Positions 38,332-48,818 are shown, counted from the first letter of the stretch. The stretch: DNA of 64,000 bases from a bacterium (GCA_021372535.1 JAJFUH010000038.1:12719-76718); one strand, 5' to 3'. Numbers and translations are program-made. Notes: generated by a model from the sequence alone, not told the origin.

Positions 38332-38355
38332 CAGATACAACGGAGGCTGTAAACG

Positions 38356-39537
38356 ATGAAATGTCAAAAAGCACAGGAGCGACCGGTACTTATGCCCGGG
38401 TTGAAAACCACCAGCGTCTGTTTCATGGTATGCGCCATTATTGTATCTGCCTGTGCAGCATATGCCCAGGTACCCGACCGTGCACGGTGGCAGCATATGA
38501 GAACAGTAGACCAGGAGCAGTACATCTGTTATCGAACCGCCGGCGGCATCGAGCTCGATGGCAGGCTCGACGAAACGTCCTGGAAACAGGCGCCGTGGAC
38601 AAACTATTTTACCGATATCGAGGGGGGGCTTCAGCCGATCCCGCGGTTCAGGACACGGGCGAAGATGCTCTGGGACAACTACTACTTCTATTTCGGAGTC
38701 GAGATCGAGGAACCGCACGTCTGGGGAACGCTCCTTTACCGTGACCAGATTATCTGCAACGACAACGACATCGAGGTTTTCATCGACCCGAACGGAGACA
38801 ACCAGGAATACTACGAGCTCGAAATGAACGTGCTCAACGTCGCGTGGGACCTTTTCCTGAAAAAAGCGTACCGTGACGGCGGCCCGGCGGATTGTTCGTG
38901 GAATATCGCTGGTCTCAGGACAGCGGTATTTGTAGACGGCACGATCAACGACCCCCGTGACACCGACCGGGGATGGTCTATCGAGATAGCCATGCCATGG
39001 ACAACGCTCGAACAATACGCACACCGTCCCTGCCCGCCCCGTAACGGCGACCAGTGGAGAGTCAATTTTTCGCGGGTCGAATGGCCCTTCGAGATCGTAA
39101 CCGCCGACTTGACACCGCAGGATGTACCGAACAACGCCTACAAGCGTACCAGACGGGAAGGCCCCATCGCCTGTGACAACTGGACATGGTCGGATCAGGG
39201 TGTCTGCAACATGCACTGCCCGGAAATGTTCGGGTATGTCCAGTTTTCCACAGCACCCATGGGAACGGATACGTTTCGTCCGGACCCGACTATATCTGCG
39301 CGTCGTGTGCTGCTCGATATCTATTATGCACAGCGCGATTTTTACGGTAAAAATAAACGGTGGGCAGCAACCCTCAAGGAGCTCGGCTACACCTTTGCGC
39401 GTCAGGAAAGCCTCGATGGTCCGCCGGTAATGGAGACGACCGGCGACGGGTGGCATGCCCGGGTGACAACGACTGTTCCCGGCGGGTCGAAGAGGACGGT
39501 ACACATATACCAGGACTCGAAGATAGTGGAGGAATAA
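38356..39537 (+). CDS. CBM9-like domain protein, paralog 2 (signal peptide)
   Basis: It is colinear with 37150-38331, with KMLWDNYYFYFGVEIEEPHVWGT...DNDIEVFIDPN...YYELEMNVLN. It has a signal peptide. Confidence 0.55.
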   Translation: MKCQKAQERPVLMPGLKTTSVCFMVCAIIVSACAAYAQVPDRARWQHMRTVDQEQYICYRTAGGIELDGRLDETSWKQAPWTNYFTDIEGGLQPIPRFRTRAKMLWDNYYFYFGVEIEEPHVWGTLLYRDQIICNDNDIEVFIDPNGDNQEYYELEMNVLNVAWDLFLKKAYRDGGPADCSWNIAGLRTAVFVDGTINDPRDTDRGWSIEIAMPWTTLEQYAHRPCPPRNGDQWRVNFSRVEWPFEIVTADLTPQDVPNNAYKRTRREGPIACDNWTWSDQGVCNMHCPEMFGYVQFSTAPMGTDTFRPDPTISARRVLLDIYYAQRDFYGKNKRWAATLKELGYTFARQESLDGPPVMETTGDGWHARVTTTVPGGSKRTVHIYQDSKIVEE

Positions 39538-39608
39538 CAGTCGAAGCACTACGACAGCCATAATTTTTCACGGAAAAAGCGTAAACGAATAATGCCGGAG
39601 TTACCAGT

Positions 39609-40595
39609 ATGGACAGCAACAGCACACGTCGCTCCTTTATCGTGAATTCAACGGTTGGCCTGACAGGCTTGGGGTATATATCATCAGGCATGACCCCGAC
39701 CGATGCACATGCCGCCGCCGCACAAAAAACACGTATGAAACCCGACCGTAAGCTGACCGAAAAGATCGAAAATCTCATCAAGCCGTTTCGCGGCGATGTG
39801 GGAGTCTATGTTCACCACCTGCCGAGCGGGAGAACGGCGGAGCACCGCGCCGATGAGCTCTTTCCCACAGCCAGCCTCATTAAGGTTTCGATCATGCTCG
39901 CCCTTTTCGACCGCATGAACCGCGGAGAACTCTCGTTCCATCAGGTGCTTGAATATGACGGGACGTATACATACAAAGGTATGAACGAGGATATCCTCGC
40001 CTGTTTCAAGATTGGCGAAAAAATCAGGCTCAGCAAGCTCATCATGCTCATGATCACCATCAGCGACAATTCCGCCTCCATCTGGTGCCAGGAGCTCGCC
40101 GGTTCGGGAATGAATATCAACCGTGTGCTCGAAGAAAACGGCTTCGGATCGCTACGGATCAATGCCCGCACACCGGGAAGAGAGGACGCCTACGAGCAGT
40201 ACGGCTGGGGACAGACATCACCGCGCGAGCTGTGTGATCTCTTCGTCAGAATCCGCAGGAACGATATCATAAGCCCCTCTGCGTGTGAGGCGATGTACCG
40301 AATACTCACCCGCATTTACTGGAACGGCGAGGCGCTCTCGCAGATACCGCCGTATGTGCAGGCCGCATCGAAACAGGGGGCGTTGAACCGGTCGCGATCC
40401 GAGGTTGTGCTCGTCAATGCGCCATCCGGTGATTATGTGTTCTGTGTCATCACCAAGAACCAGGAAGACCAGAGCTGGGAAGAGACCAACGAGGGTTTTG
40501 TGCTCTTGCGGGATATATCGAGGCTCCTCTGGCGGCATTTCGAGCCTGATTACGGCTGGGAACCTGCACCCCCGGTCGATGTGCTCAACCGGTGA
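39609..40595 (+). CDS. TAT-exported class-A beta-lactamase-fold serine hydrolase
   Basis: The twin-arginine signal is STRRSFIVNSTVGLTGL. The catalytic motifs are SLIK (S-x-x-K) at FPTASLIKVSIMLAL and SDN (ISDNSAS). Confidence 0.6.
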   Translation: MDSNSTRRSFIVNSTVGLTGLGYISSGMTPTDAHAAAAQKTRMKPDRKLTEKIENLIKPFRGDVGVYVHHLPSGRTAEHRADELFPTASLIKVSIMLALFDRMNRGELSFHQVLEYDGTYTYKGMNEDILACFKIGEKIRLSKLIMLMITISDNSASIWCQELAGSGMNINRVLEENGFGSLRINARTPGREDAYEQYGWGQTSPRELCDLFVRIRRNDIISPSACEAMYRILTRIYWNGEALSQIPPYVQAASKQGALNRSRSEVVLVNAPSGDYVFCVITKNQEDQSWEETNEGFVLLRDISRLLWRHFEPDYGWEPAPPVDVLNR

Positions 40596-40743
40596 AATAC
40601 GGATCCATTCGTATAATTCAACAGAATCCGGTTTTATGGTTTCGGAACTCGACGTAACAGCATAAAAAGATGGCTGGGTCAGAACACCCAGCCATCTTGA
40701 TTTTTCGGTTTGAAGAATAATATATCAGGGTTATTGCCGCCTG

Positions 40744-42432
40744 TTAAGGAATTGTATAGCCCGTTACCTCGTCAACAGTAATATCGGAGACCACCATATC
40801 GATTGTCCGGGTCGATTCTTTCTTGATCATTCCTACACCGGCAGCGAACCATCGCTGGGAAGCAAGCACCGTCGTTTCGGTTATGTAGCTGTTGGTGATG
40901 AGCGAGTAGTGCTTTTCGGTTTTCGTGAATGTCAGCAGGATTTTAGCGCAATCGGAGAATGTTCCCGCCGCGACCGTCACCGCTTCTTTTCCGAGGTATG
41001 TTCCCTTACAGGTGATAAGCGTGTTCTCGTCATACTGGTATGAAAACACATCCCAGGATGCCTGCGCCGAAACGCCGAATTTATAGAAGGGGAAAGTACC
41101 TCCTTCGTCCGCGGCGTTTGCAGCTGCTTTAAACCAGATATATGAATCGTCATCGTAATGGAAATAGACAACATTTTCGGAAGTTTCATACCTGACGAAC
41201 GGATCGTTCCAGTCGTTTGAAATGTCCATGAGGACGAAATCTTTACCGTCAAAGGGGCTCGAGATCGACATCGTCACATGGTACGTATCATCGTATAAGA
41301 GGTCGCCGTCGGCATTCTTGATGACAGACTTCCAGTTCCATGTAGCGTCCTTTGTAGTCGGGAAATAGGTACCGCCGGTAGTTCCGCCGCCACCACCGCT
41401 TTCGGTTTTTCCGACTATTGCCGTTGTCGCTGAGAAATCATCTCCATTGACTGTAACGGTTATATATGCGGGTGTGAACGTATAACCCGATTTTGAAGGA
41501 GTGAGGGTATAGGTTCCGTTGGGGACTTCGATTATCAGATATTCGCCATCGGAATCGGTATATGTTTCGAGCTTCTCGCCGGAAACGGTAATGCTTACCA
41601 GGACGTTCTGGAGCGGTTTGCCGGTGGAATCCGTGATATATCCCGAGACATTGTATGTTCCGCTTCCGCCGCCGCCGGTATTGTCGCCTCCGCTCGGACC
41701 GCCGGGAATATTGTAATAAATCACCTCGTCGGTAGAGGTATAATCATAGGAAAGTTTGCCGTCTTCATAATCCGTGTATTTATCAATGGTTTTGACGGGA
41801 CCTATGCCCTGAGCGAAATAGGTGGTGCTGATCTCGTCATAGCTCCCTTTTCCCCACTCTGATGTGTATTCTGTCTTCATGGTACTTTCGAATACAGCGC
41901 AGTTCTTAAACGTTCCGGAAGGAACGGTTACGTCTTTGAGGCCGATATACTTTCCGGTCCAGTTTATGGTTGCAGAATATCCCTCTTCGGACATGGTATC
42001 GGAAAAAATTGTCCATGTCTGGCCGACAGATTTGTTGAAATTATATAACGGGATTTCGGTACTCCCGAGATTGAACTGTTGGGCATGAGCTTTTTCGAGG
42101 TATTCACCCTCCGCGTATGAATACATGATGTTATTTGACAGGCGGAACAGATTGTCTGAACTATCTTCATTCATGACCCAGTATGTTTTCCCGTCCCGTG
42201 TCGTTGTGCCGGTCAATACATCGGTATAGGTGTAGGAATAACCTGATTCATCGGTGCTTTGCCATTTCCATGTGGCGTTTTTCACCAGCGGAATGTAGTT
42301 TTCCGCTTTGAGCGACCCACCTGTTCCGCCGCCGTTATCGACCTCGTCATCGTTTTTGCTGCTGTCACTGGTCAGACACCCGACGGCAAAGACCATGGAA
42401 ACGATCAAGAGCAGTGCAAGGATCTTTTTCAC
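40744..42432 (-). CDS. Lipoprotein with two copies of the repeated uncharacterised domain, separated by a carboxypeptidase-regulatory-like beta-sandwich domain
   Basis: The lipobox is VFAVGC. Repeat 1 is NYIPLVKNATWKWQ...GTFKNCAVF...YFAQGIGPVK. The middle segment is NVSGYITDSTGKPLQNVLVSITVSG. Repeat 2 is TYFPTTKDATWNWK...GTFSDCAKI...WFAAGVGMIK. Confidence 0.6.
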   Translation of the reverse strand: MKKILALLLIVSMVFAVGCLTSDSSKNDDEVDNGGGTGGSLKAENYIPLVKNATWKWQSTDESGYSYTYTDVLTGTTTRDGKTYWVMNEDSSDNLFRLSNNIMYSYAEGEYLEKAHAQQFNLGSTEIPLYNFNKSVGQTWTIFSDTMSEEGYSATINWTGKYIGLKDVTVPSGTFKNCAVFESTMKTEYTSEWGKGSYDEISTTYFAQGIGPVKTIDKYTDYEDGKLSYDYTSTDEVIYYNIPGGPSGGDNTGGGGSGTYNVSGYITDSTGKPLQNVLVSITVSGEKLETYTDSDGEYLIIEVPNGTYTLTPSKSGYTFTPAYITVTVNGDDFSATTAIVGKTESGGGGGTTGGTYFPTTKDATWNWKSVIKNADGDLLYDDTYHVTMSISSPFDGKDFVLMDISNDWNDPFVRYETSENVVYFHYDDDSYIWFKAAANAADEGGTFPFYKFGVSAQASWDVFSYQYDENTLITCKGTYLGKEAVTVAAGTFSDCAKILLTFTKTEKHYSLITNSYITETTVLASQRWFAAGVGMIKKESTRTIDMVVSDITVDEVTGYTIP

Positions 42433-42824
42433 ATGTAGCTCCTTTCGTGAAAATGAAACAGTACAAATGGTGATAATAACGAATATAAATTATAATTAAA
42501 ATATACAAATGAACATATATTCTAAATGCTTTAAACCGCAAAACCGTTCAATCAGAGGCACGAATGAAACTGAATATAGAAGGATTAAAATGTTTGGGGA
42601 GTAAAAAACAATTCAATGAACAACTTATATATGTATCAGGAAAAAATATTAGTAATCATTATTTAAAGTATAACATTGAAACTTGAAATATCAAAGAGAA
42701 AAAATATCCCGGTTATATATTTTTATCAGTTAACAATCGGCTCCAACTTTGCAGCGTCAGAACGGCAGCACGGCGAGTCACCGTATTCTCGTTAAGACAA
42801 AGGAAATCTTAATCGGAAAATACA

Positions 42825-45320
42825 TTACCGTATACCGGATAATATGAACCGTCGGGCAACCACCTTGTACAGTATCTGCGCCGCTGTGCCACGGCTTATA
42901 TTGTCATGCTGACCTCCGGGAGCAGCTGCTTGTATATCAGGAACAACCGATGCGAGCATCGATGAAAATTCTTCTGTCGATATCGGCATGTCAGGCTCGA
43001 ATATACTTCCCCCGATCCATCCGAGCGCGCCTTTTTGTTCCAGAAACGAGAGCGCCTCGATCAGGCTGCGGTTATCGAACGACACATCGGTGAACCGGAT
43101 GGTGCATATGCCGTCTTTGCGCGGCTCCGGAGCCATGCGGGCGAGAGCGAGCGCCGCTTCCGCGCGGCTGAGCGGTGCATCCGGCTCGAACCGGGGACCG
43201 TGAGGTTCCATAATTTCGAGGAGGCATGCCCACTGAACAGATTCGAAATTTCCGGTATCCCAGCCGCAGTCCTCGTTCCAGAACAGAGGCACATGACGGC
43301 GGATCAGCTCATGCTGGAGTTGTCTGAGCCGCTGTTCCGCTTCTCCCGGAGTTGCGCCCGGCGCCTCGACCCAGAAGTCGCGGGGCTGGCAGTTCCATTT
43401 CAGACAGAGGGCGGCAGCGGCTCCGGCAGCCTGGCCGATCTGGAATTCAACGGGATGGAGACGGTACGTGGATGCCGCGATCCGCGAAAGGCCAATGTTT
43501 TTTGCCGCCGCAAGGAGACCGTCGGTTTTCTCCGGTACGAGCGAGCCGAACGGTATCTGGAACCGGCCGGTCGAGTTCTCTCCGCCCCAGCTTCCGTCCT
43601 CGAACTGGACATGCTTGAACTGAACGTCGATTTTCTTGTCGGTGTGAAGATCGCAGCGGTGGATGTCGAGGAAATAGTGCCCGATACCGACCGTGTCGTG
43701 GAACAGTTTCGCGCGTCCGGTCCGTGGTCCCATAAGTTCCTGCTGACGGACGGTATAGAGCGCTTTCACACGCCGTGATTCACGGATGTAGGGGTACATG
43801 CTCAGCCCGTCCTCCGTGCCCATGACATCGGGGCGGTATTTCAGGTTTGCCCACCCGCGGTTTTTACCGGTGACCGGGTCGACCGACCAGTTTTCCTCCT
43901 TCGATGGATCGAGTTTCGGGTCGCCCGGGTCCCTTGGCGCTTCATACCAGAGCCAGAACATGAATCCGAGAGACAGTTCACGCGCCCGCTGAAGAACTTC
44001 TGCGCATTCCTCCGGAGTGACATCGATGATGGTTTCGCCGGCGTAATCGTTGCTGATCCAGTTGACCTCAATGATATCGCCTGCGGCGGGACGGTTGTGC
44101 TGCCAGTTCGGGATGAAATAGAGGGGGTCTTTTTCAGGATCGAACGCCGTTTTCCAAGAGCCGTCGATAAAGCGCGGGAAAAGATCGGCCTTGATGTCGG
44201 GATTCAGAAGCCGCGCATCGAGCATACGGCGATAGGTCCAGAACGAGGGTATCCATGGCAGGATATCCTTACTGCCGGTTCTGCGGTTTTTTTCCCAAAC
44301 CTTTGCACGGGCGTAATCGTTCCATCGTGTCATGAGAAACCAGCGGTCGCTGTCAACCATGGTGAACCGGTAACGGTTACGCTCGTAGCTTGCGGGACGG
44401 TTTTCCCATGGGAGACGGTTGTCCTCGCCCTCCGGGCGCCACTCGACTGCGAACGGATAGGTGAACGCCTGCGTGCAGTGAGGAAGCGGCTCGGGATAGA
44501 GAACGTTTCCTTTCTCGTCGAACAGCGAGGGCTCGTTCGTATCGGTCGATGCCTCGATTCCCACGCGGTAGGGTGTTCCCGAGAGCGGGAAGAGGTCTCC
44601 CAGTTCGGTCGCATCGAGGGTAATGGAGGCTCTGATGACAGTCTCTCCGCCTTTCTTGGTATCACGTACTCTCACCGCCGTTACACGGTCGCCGTCCTTA
44701 ATCACCGCAACCGGGACTGTGTTGTACATGACAGTAAGCAGGCCGCTTGAGAGATATGGTTTGAGCATCGCATCGATTGCCCTGACTCCGTCCTCCGGAA
44801 GGAAACTCATACGCGAGTCCCATGCGTTCCCCGGCGAGAATTTCGTACCCCGTATCCACTCTATCTCGGCTTTTCGCGCTGCTGTTTCTCCGGCGCCTGT
44901 CCGCCCGGTTTTTTCGGCTGTTTCAAGGGCCTTCGGCCTGTAAAGGTCGCGAACAGTCTCGTGAAACCGGAAATAGAGCTCGGAAGCGGCTTCATAATAG
45001 CGGCCCTGCTCCACAAGACCGTTGTCGTCCGAGGCGGTCACTCCCTGCGAGGTATACTGTCCGCCGAGCCATGATGTCTCCTCGGTAATGATGATCCTTT
45101 TTATTCCGCATTCATCTGCCATGTCGCAGGCCTGAAGCGCCGCAGCGACACCACCGGTACCTCCGCCGGCGATCAGGATATCGCATGTTTCACCTGACGG
45201 TTTCGTTCCGTTTCCGCCGGAACAGGAAATACCGGCGAAGACAAGGAGAGCGGCTGTAATGACAATACCCGGAATGATATGCTTTTTCACGAAACAGAGA
45301 TTTTTATTTCTGCTACCCAT
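42825..45320 (-). CDS. FAD-dependent oxidoreductase (FAD_oxidored family) with a C-terminal SLH-like cell-surface anchoring region
   Basis: The N-terminal dinucleotide-binding motif is DILIAGGGTGGVAAALQA. The C-terminal region of about 150 aa carries SLH-like repeats (LSRAEAALALARM...ISRGTAAQILYKV). Confidence 0.6.
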   Translation of the reverse strand: MGSRNKNLCFVKKHIIPGIVITAALLVFAGISCSGGNGTKPSGETCDILIAGGGTGGVAAALQACDMADECGIKRIIITEETSWLGGQYTSQGVTASDDNGLVEQGRYYEAASELYFRFHETVRDLYRPKALETAEKTGRTGAGETAARKAEIEWIRGTKFSPGNAWDSRMSFLPEDGVRAIDAMLKPYLSSGLLTVMYNTVPVAVIKDGDRVTAVRVRDTKKGGETVIRASITLDATELGDLFPLSGTPYRVGIEASTDTNEPSLFDEKGNVLYPEPLPHCTQAFTYPFAVEWRPEGEDNRLPWENRPASYERNRYRFTMVDSDRWFLMTRWNDYARAKVWEKNRRTGSKDILPWIPSFWTYRRMLDARLLNPDIKADLFPRFIDGSWKTAFDPEKDPLYFIPNWQHNRPAAGDIIEVNWISNDYAGETIIDVTPEECAEVLQRARELSLGFMFWLWYEAPRDPGDPKLDPSKEENWSVDPVTGKNRGWANLKYRPDVMGTEDGLSMYPYIRESRRVKALYTVRQQELMGPRTGRAKLFHDTVGIGHYFLDIHRCDLHTDKKIDVQFKHVQFEDGSWGGENSTGRFQIPFGSLVPEKTDGLLAAAKNIGLSRIAASTYRLHPVEFQIGQAAGAAAALCLKWNCQPRDFWVEAPGATPGEAEQRLRQLQHELIRRHVPLFWNEDCGWDTGNFESVQWACLLEIMEPHGPRFEPDAPLSRAEAALALARMAPEPRKDGICTIRFTDVSFDNRSLIEALSFLEQKGALGWIGGSIFEPDMPISTEEFSSMLASVVPDIQAAAPGGQHDNISRGTAAQILYKVVARRFILSGIR

Positions 45321-45402
45321 GCCTGGTCCCTTCAGTTAAAGCAAATAGAAACGTAAACATCACATCTGTAAGATATGCATGCGGGAATTAAGCCCGGATT
45401 GT

Positions 45403-45714
45403 TCACTCCTCGATACGTTCAAGGCAGAAAACGACCGGTCTGAAACCATCGGTGCAGCAGGCCAGCACTTTCCCTTTTTCGTTCATCCAGTGATAGTCGG
45501 CGCCAGCCCTAAGACCGCTCATATACCGCGCAAGGTCCACAAACGCAAAGGTGCAGAAGCCTTCGGGCACAGTGGTCATGTCGGTGACAAATTCCTGTCC
45601 CTCTGAAAACACCTCGCAAACCGGGGCGAGATCAGTCGAACAGGGAAGATTCGAGCCGGAATGAATCTCATTGAAATCGAGACGTTTGACGACGGTGATT
45701 TTTACCTTGTTCAT
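45403..45714 (-). CDS. Small Cys-rich hypothetical protein (possibly TIGR04076-like)
   Basis: The protein MNKVKITVVK...CPEGFCTFAFVDL... is about 104 aa and is conserved-looking but uncharacterised. I chose the start at the second Met. Confidence 0.35.
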   Translation of the reverse strand: MNKVKITVVKRLDFNEIHSGSNLPCSTDLAPVCEVFSEGQEFVTDMTTVPEGFCTFAFVDLARYMSGLRAGADYHWMNEKGKVLACCTDGFRPVVFCLERIEE

Positions 45715-45905
45715 GCCGCAGTCCTTTTTAGTAAATCTGTTCAACAGAGAGAAACAATATTAATCATGAATATAAATGTCATATAATCTGTAAGAAATTT
45801 CAAGTATTTGTTTTAGAATACGGTTGTGGAGTATACAATAAAAAGGGTGTCCGATAGTACCGGACACCCTTCGGGAGCTTTACAGGCAGGTGTTGCGGGT
45901 AAAGC

Positions 45906-47267
45906 TTATTTCATGAGTATCATCTTGCTGGTTTCAGCAGCACCGTTCATTTCGAGCCTCGAAAAATATATACCGGCCGAAACCTGAATGCCCGCATCAT
46001 CACAGCCGTTCCAGACAACCGAATGAATACCGGAACTCATGGACCCTGAAACAAGGGTACGAATTTTCTGACCCGCTGCGTTGTAGACGGAAAGCGTTAC
46101 CTGTCCGGCATCGTGCAGCGAGAATTCAATGGTCGTCGAGGGATTGAACGGATTCGGGTAGTTGCCTTTCAGGGCAAAGTCCACCGGAGCATTATCCTCG
46201 ACATCCAGCTGCAATTCTTCCTCCGCAAACTCGAAATCGAGAATGCGCAGTTCAGAGGTGTCTTTGTTTCGAAGAATGTAACATATCTGCCTGCCGTCCG
46301 GAGACCAGCACCCATAGTAATTCCAGTAAGGACAATCAGGGAGCAGTGTGGTCACTTCCCCCGTTTCGACATTGTAGACACAGAGCTGGGCGAACTGGTC
46401 CGGATAAGGTCCGTAATTGGTACCCCCATAATTTTTCAGCCACCAGTTCGTATATAAAATCCATTTCCCGTCAGGAGAATATACCGGATATAACGGCGAT
46501 CCCTGCGATACGAGCAGCACGGGAGCGCCACCGTCGAATGGAATCTTGTAAAGTGCCCACTCGTCATCGATATCGGTGTCCTCTTTTTCATAGAGCGATG
46601 TAAGAAAGTGTGTATTGTCATGGCTGATACTTGAAATCCCAAATCCGAACCGGGGCCATGCATCTCCCGGAAACGTGCTGGCATATACTTCGCTGCCGGT
46701 GTCATATTCCACCACTCTGAATTCAAATTCATCCTGATTCTCTATCACCGGCCTGTCCGTCATGTCGATATAAACCATATACCGCCCGTCATTGTTCCAA
46801 TACCCGAGATTTGAGTTTTTCCCCAGGATAACACGTTTTTCGCCGGTGGTGATATTGATGCCTTCTATGGTAAATTCCTGTCTGCGATCATCCCCATCGA
46901 ACACATCGAACATTTTTGTGAAGGTTACTTCGCTGCTGTCGTATGTAAAATCCGGCCAGCCGAAACAACCAGTGTAAATCCCCTGTGCGGGATCGTTTTT
47001 CGTAAGGTTGATCGCGGTGCCTTCCTCGGTGGGGACAATCCAGATATCGCTTGTGGAGGCATCCTGTTCTGCGTGAATAATGATACTTTTCCCCTGCACC
47101 GCCATCGCAATCCATTTGCCATCGGGAGACCAGTCAATTGCGGTAACGGATTTGAAGCTATTCCCGCCGGTGGATACGGGAGTTCCGTACTTGTCCGCCA
47201 GAGCGAATCCGGTGAGGACCGCAACAATGATTACGACGGAAAGCATACATATAGTGACCGGTTTCAT
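45906..47267 (-). CDS. T9SS C-terminal-domain cargo protein with TolB-like beta-propeller repeats, paralog 1
   Basis: It has DWSPDGKWIA propeller motifs. The C-terminus GNYPNPFNPSTTIEFSL...SAGIYFSRLEMNG is a type-A T9SS sorting domain. AAGGAGG lies upstream of the ATG. Confidence 0.7.
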   Translation of the reverse strand: MKPVTICMLSVVIIVAVLTGFALADKYGTPVSTGGNSFKSVTAIDWSPDGKWIAMAVQGKSIIIHAEQDASTSDIWIVPTEEGTAINLTKNDPAQGIYTGCFGWPDFTYDSSEVTFTKMFDVFDGDDRRQEFTIEGINITTGEKRVILGKNSNLGYWNNDGRYMVYIDMTDRPVIENQDEFEFRVVEYDTGSEVYASTFPGDAWPRFGFGISSISHDNTHFLTSLYEKEDTDIDDEWALYKIPFDGGAPVLLVSQGSPLYPVYSPDGKWILYTNWWLKNYGGTNYGPYPDQFAQLCVYNVETGEVTTLLPDCPYWNYYGCWSPDGRQICYILRNKDTSELRILDFEFAEEELQLDVEDNAPVDFALKGNYPNPFNPSTTIEFSLHDAGQVTLSVYNAAGQKIRTLVSGSMSSGIHSVVWNGCDDAGIQVSAGIYFSRLEMNGAAETSKMILMK

Positions 47268-47303
47268 ACACTGCCTCCTTTTAAAAAAAAGTAGTCAGAG
47301 AAT

Positions 47304-48605
47304 TCATTTCACGAGTATCATTCTTCCGGTCGCTGTCTGCCCGTTCATTTCGAGCCTCGAAAAATATACGCCGGCGGAAACAGGGGCACCCGTATTGTCA
47401 CGGCCGTTCCAGACTACAGAATGAACGCCGGTATTCACCATACCGGACACGAGGTCACGGATTTTCTGGCCGGCCGCATTGTAGACTGTAAGGTTGACCT
47501 GTCCGGCATCGGGCAGCGAAAATTCGATGGTCGTTGTCGGGTTGAACGGGTTCGGGTAATTACCGCGAAGTGCGAACGGCATAGGTGATTGTTCATCGAC
47601 ACCGAGCTGAAGGCCATCGTCGACCGGAGTATAAAATTCAAAATTACGGATATAGAGTTCATACTCCCCGTTTTTATCGAGAATATAGCAGATTTTACTT
47701 CCATCCGGGGACCAGCTTCCACAGAGGCTGCCATAGGGATTGTCCGGAAGGAGATTCGTTGATTCACCCGTTTCGGTGTTAAAGACATACATGTCGCGGG
47801 CGGGCAGGTTCCGTGCAGTGTCCATGTCGGTATAGTCATGACGTGTGTACAGTATCCACTTACTGTCGGGCGAATACTTCGGATACCACGGATCAGCGTC
47901 GTTAAGTATCATTTCCGGCGCTCGTCCATCAAAAAAAATCCTGTAGAATGCATGCATATTACTTGCATCCCTGTTTTCCGAAGGCTCAATGAGTGTGGTC
48001 ACGAAATTGGTATTATCGGGGCTGATTGACGAATGACCAAAATTAAAAATCGGCTCTCCGTTATGAAAATCGATACCGAGGTTTATGGGACTTTGAGTTC
48101 CGAAATCGTATACTGCATAGGTCATGTTCTCTTTTTTTTCCGGATCGGGCCAGTAAATATAAACGAACAGGGAACCATCCTGTGACAGTGTACCGGCGAA
48201 TGCCTCGTTCATGAACGTCATGCGTTTTTCGGAATCGATGTCGATACTTTCTATTTTGCATCGCGCCTGTTTCGTTTCCGAATCGACGATCATCCTTGAA
48301 TATGTGACTGCGCTCCCATCAGGGGTAAATTCCGGAACACTGCAACGATCGTCGATATCGGCAGTGAGATTTTTCATTTCGCCGGTTTCGGTAGAAACGA
48401 TCCATATATCCTCATCCCCCCCGAATGCAATCCATTTCCCGTCTGGCGACCAGTCTGTTTTCCACAAAGTAACATTCTCGGTCGTCCCGAACCGGAGCGG
48501 AACCATGGTGCCATAGTCGAGCGAAAAAACAGGGGCGGCGATCATCATGACCGCGAGGAGCAGAATACACGATTTAACAGTTTTCAAGGTTTTTCTCCTT
48601 TGCAT
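47304..48605 (-). CDS. T9SS C-terminal-domain cargo protein with beta-propeller repeats, paralog 2 (tandem duplicate)
   Basis: It is about 80% identical at the DNA level to the gene at 45906-47267 over the C-terminal roughly 270 bp. It has the same NYPNPFNPTTTIEFSL tail. I placed the start at MQRRK (48605); the track's start is 48662. Confidence 0.65.
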   Translation of the reverse strand: MQRRKTLKTVKSCILLLAVMMIAAPVFSLDYGTMVPLRFGTTENVTLWKTDWSPDGKWIAFGGDEDIWIVSTETGEMKNLTADIDDRCSVPEFTPDGSAVTYSRMIVDSETKQARCKIESIDIDSEKRMTFMNEAFAGTLSQDGSLFVYIYWPDPEKKENMTYAVYDFGTQSPINLGIDFHNGEPIFNFGHSSISPDNTNFVTTLIEPSENRDASNMHAFYRIFFDGRAPEMILNDADPWYPKYSPDSKWILYTRHDYTDMDTARNLPARDMYVFNTETGESTNLLPDNPYGSLCGSWSPDGSKICYILDKNGEYELYIRNFEFYTPVDDGLQLGVDEQSPMPFALRGNYPNPFNPTTTIEFSLPDAGQVNLTVYNAAGQKIRDLVSGMVNTGVHSVVWNGRDNTGAPVSAGVYFSRLEMNGQTATGRMILVK

Positions 48606-48818
48606 TGAAAGTGTGACTGCTGTTATACCGATTAAAATCATTCGTCCGGAATTGAAAACCACTGAATGGGTATTTGTGCATCTTCTATTAAGGGAAATCT
48701 ACCATAGTAAATTATTTTTGTCAAGTGATTTTTTCCTAAAAAATTTTATCAAAACAATACATTCGTTGACAAACGCCCCCCGGTGCAATATGTTCAAAAC
48801 ATACGGGGATATGTAATT

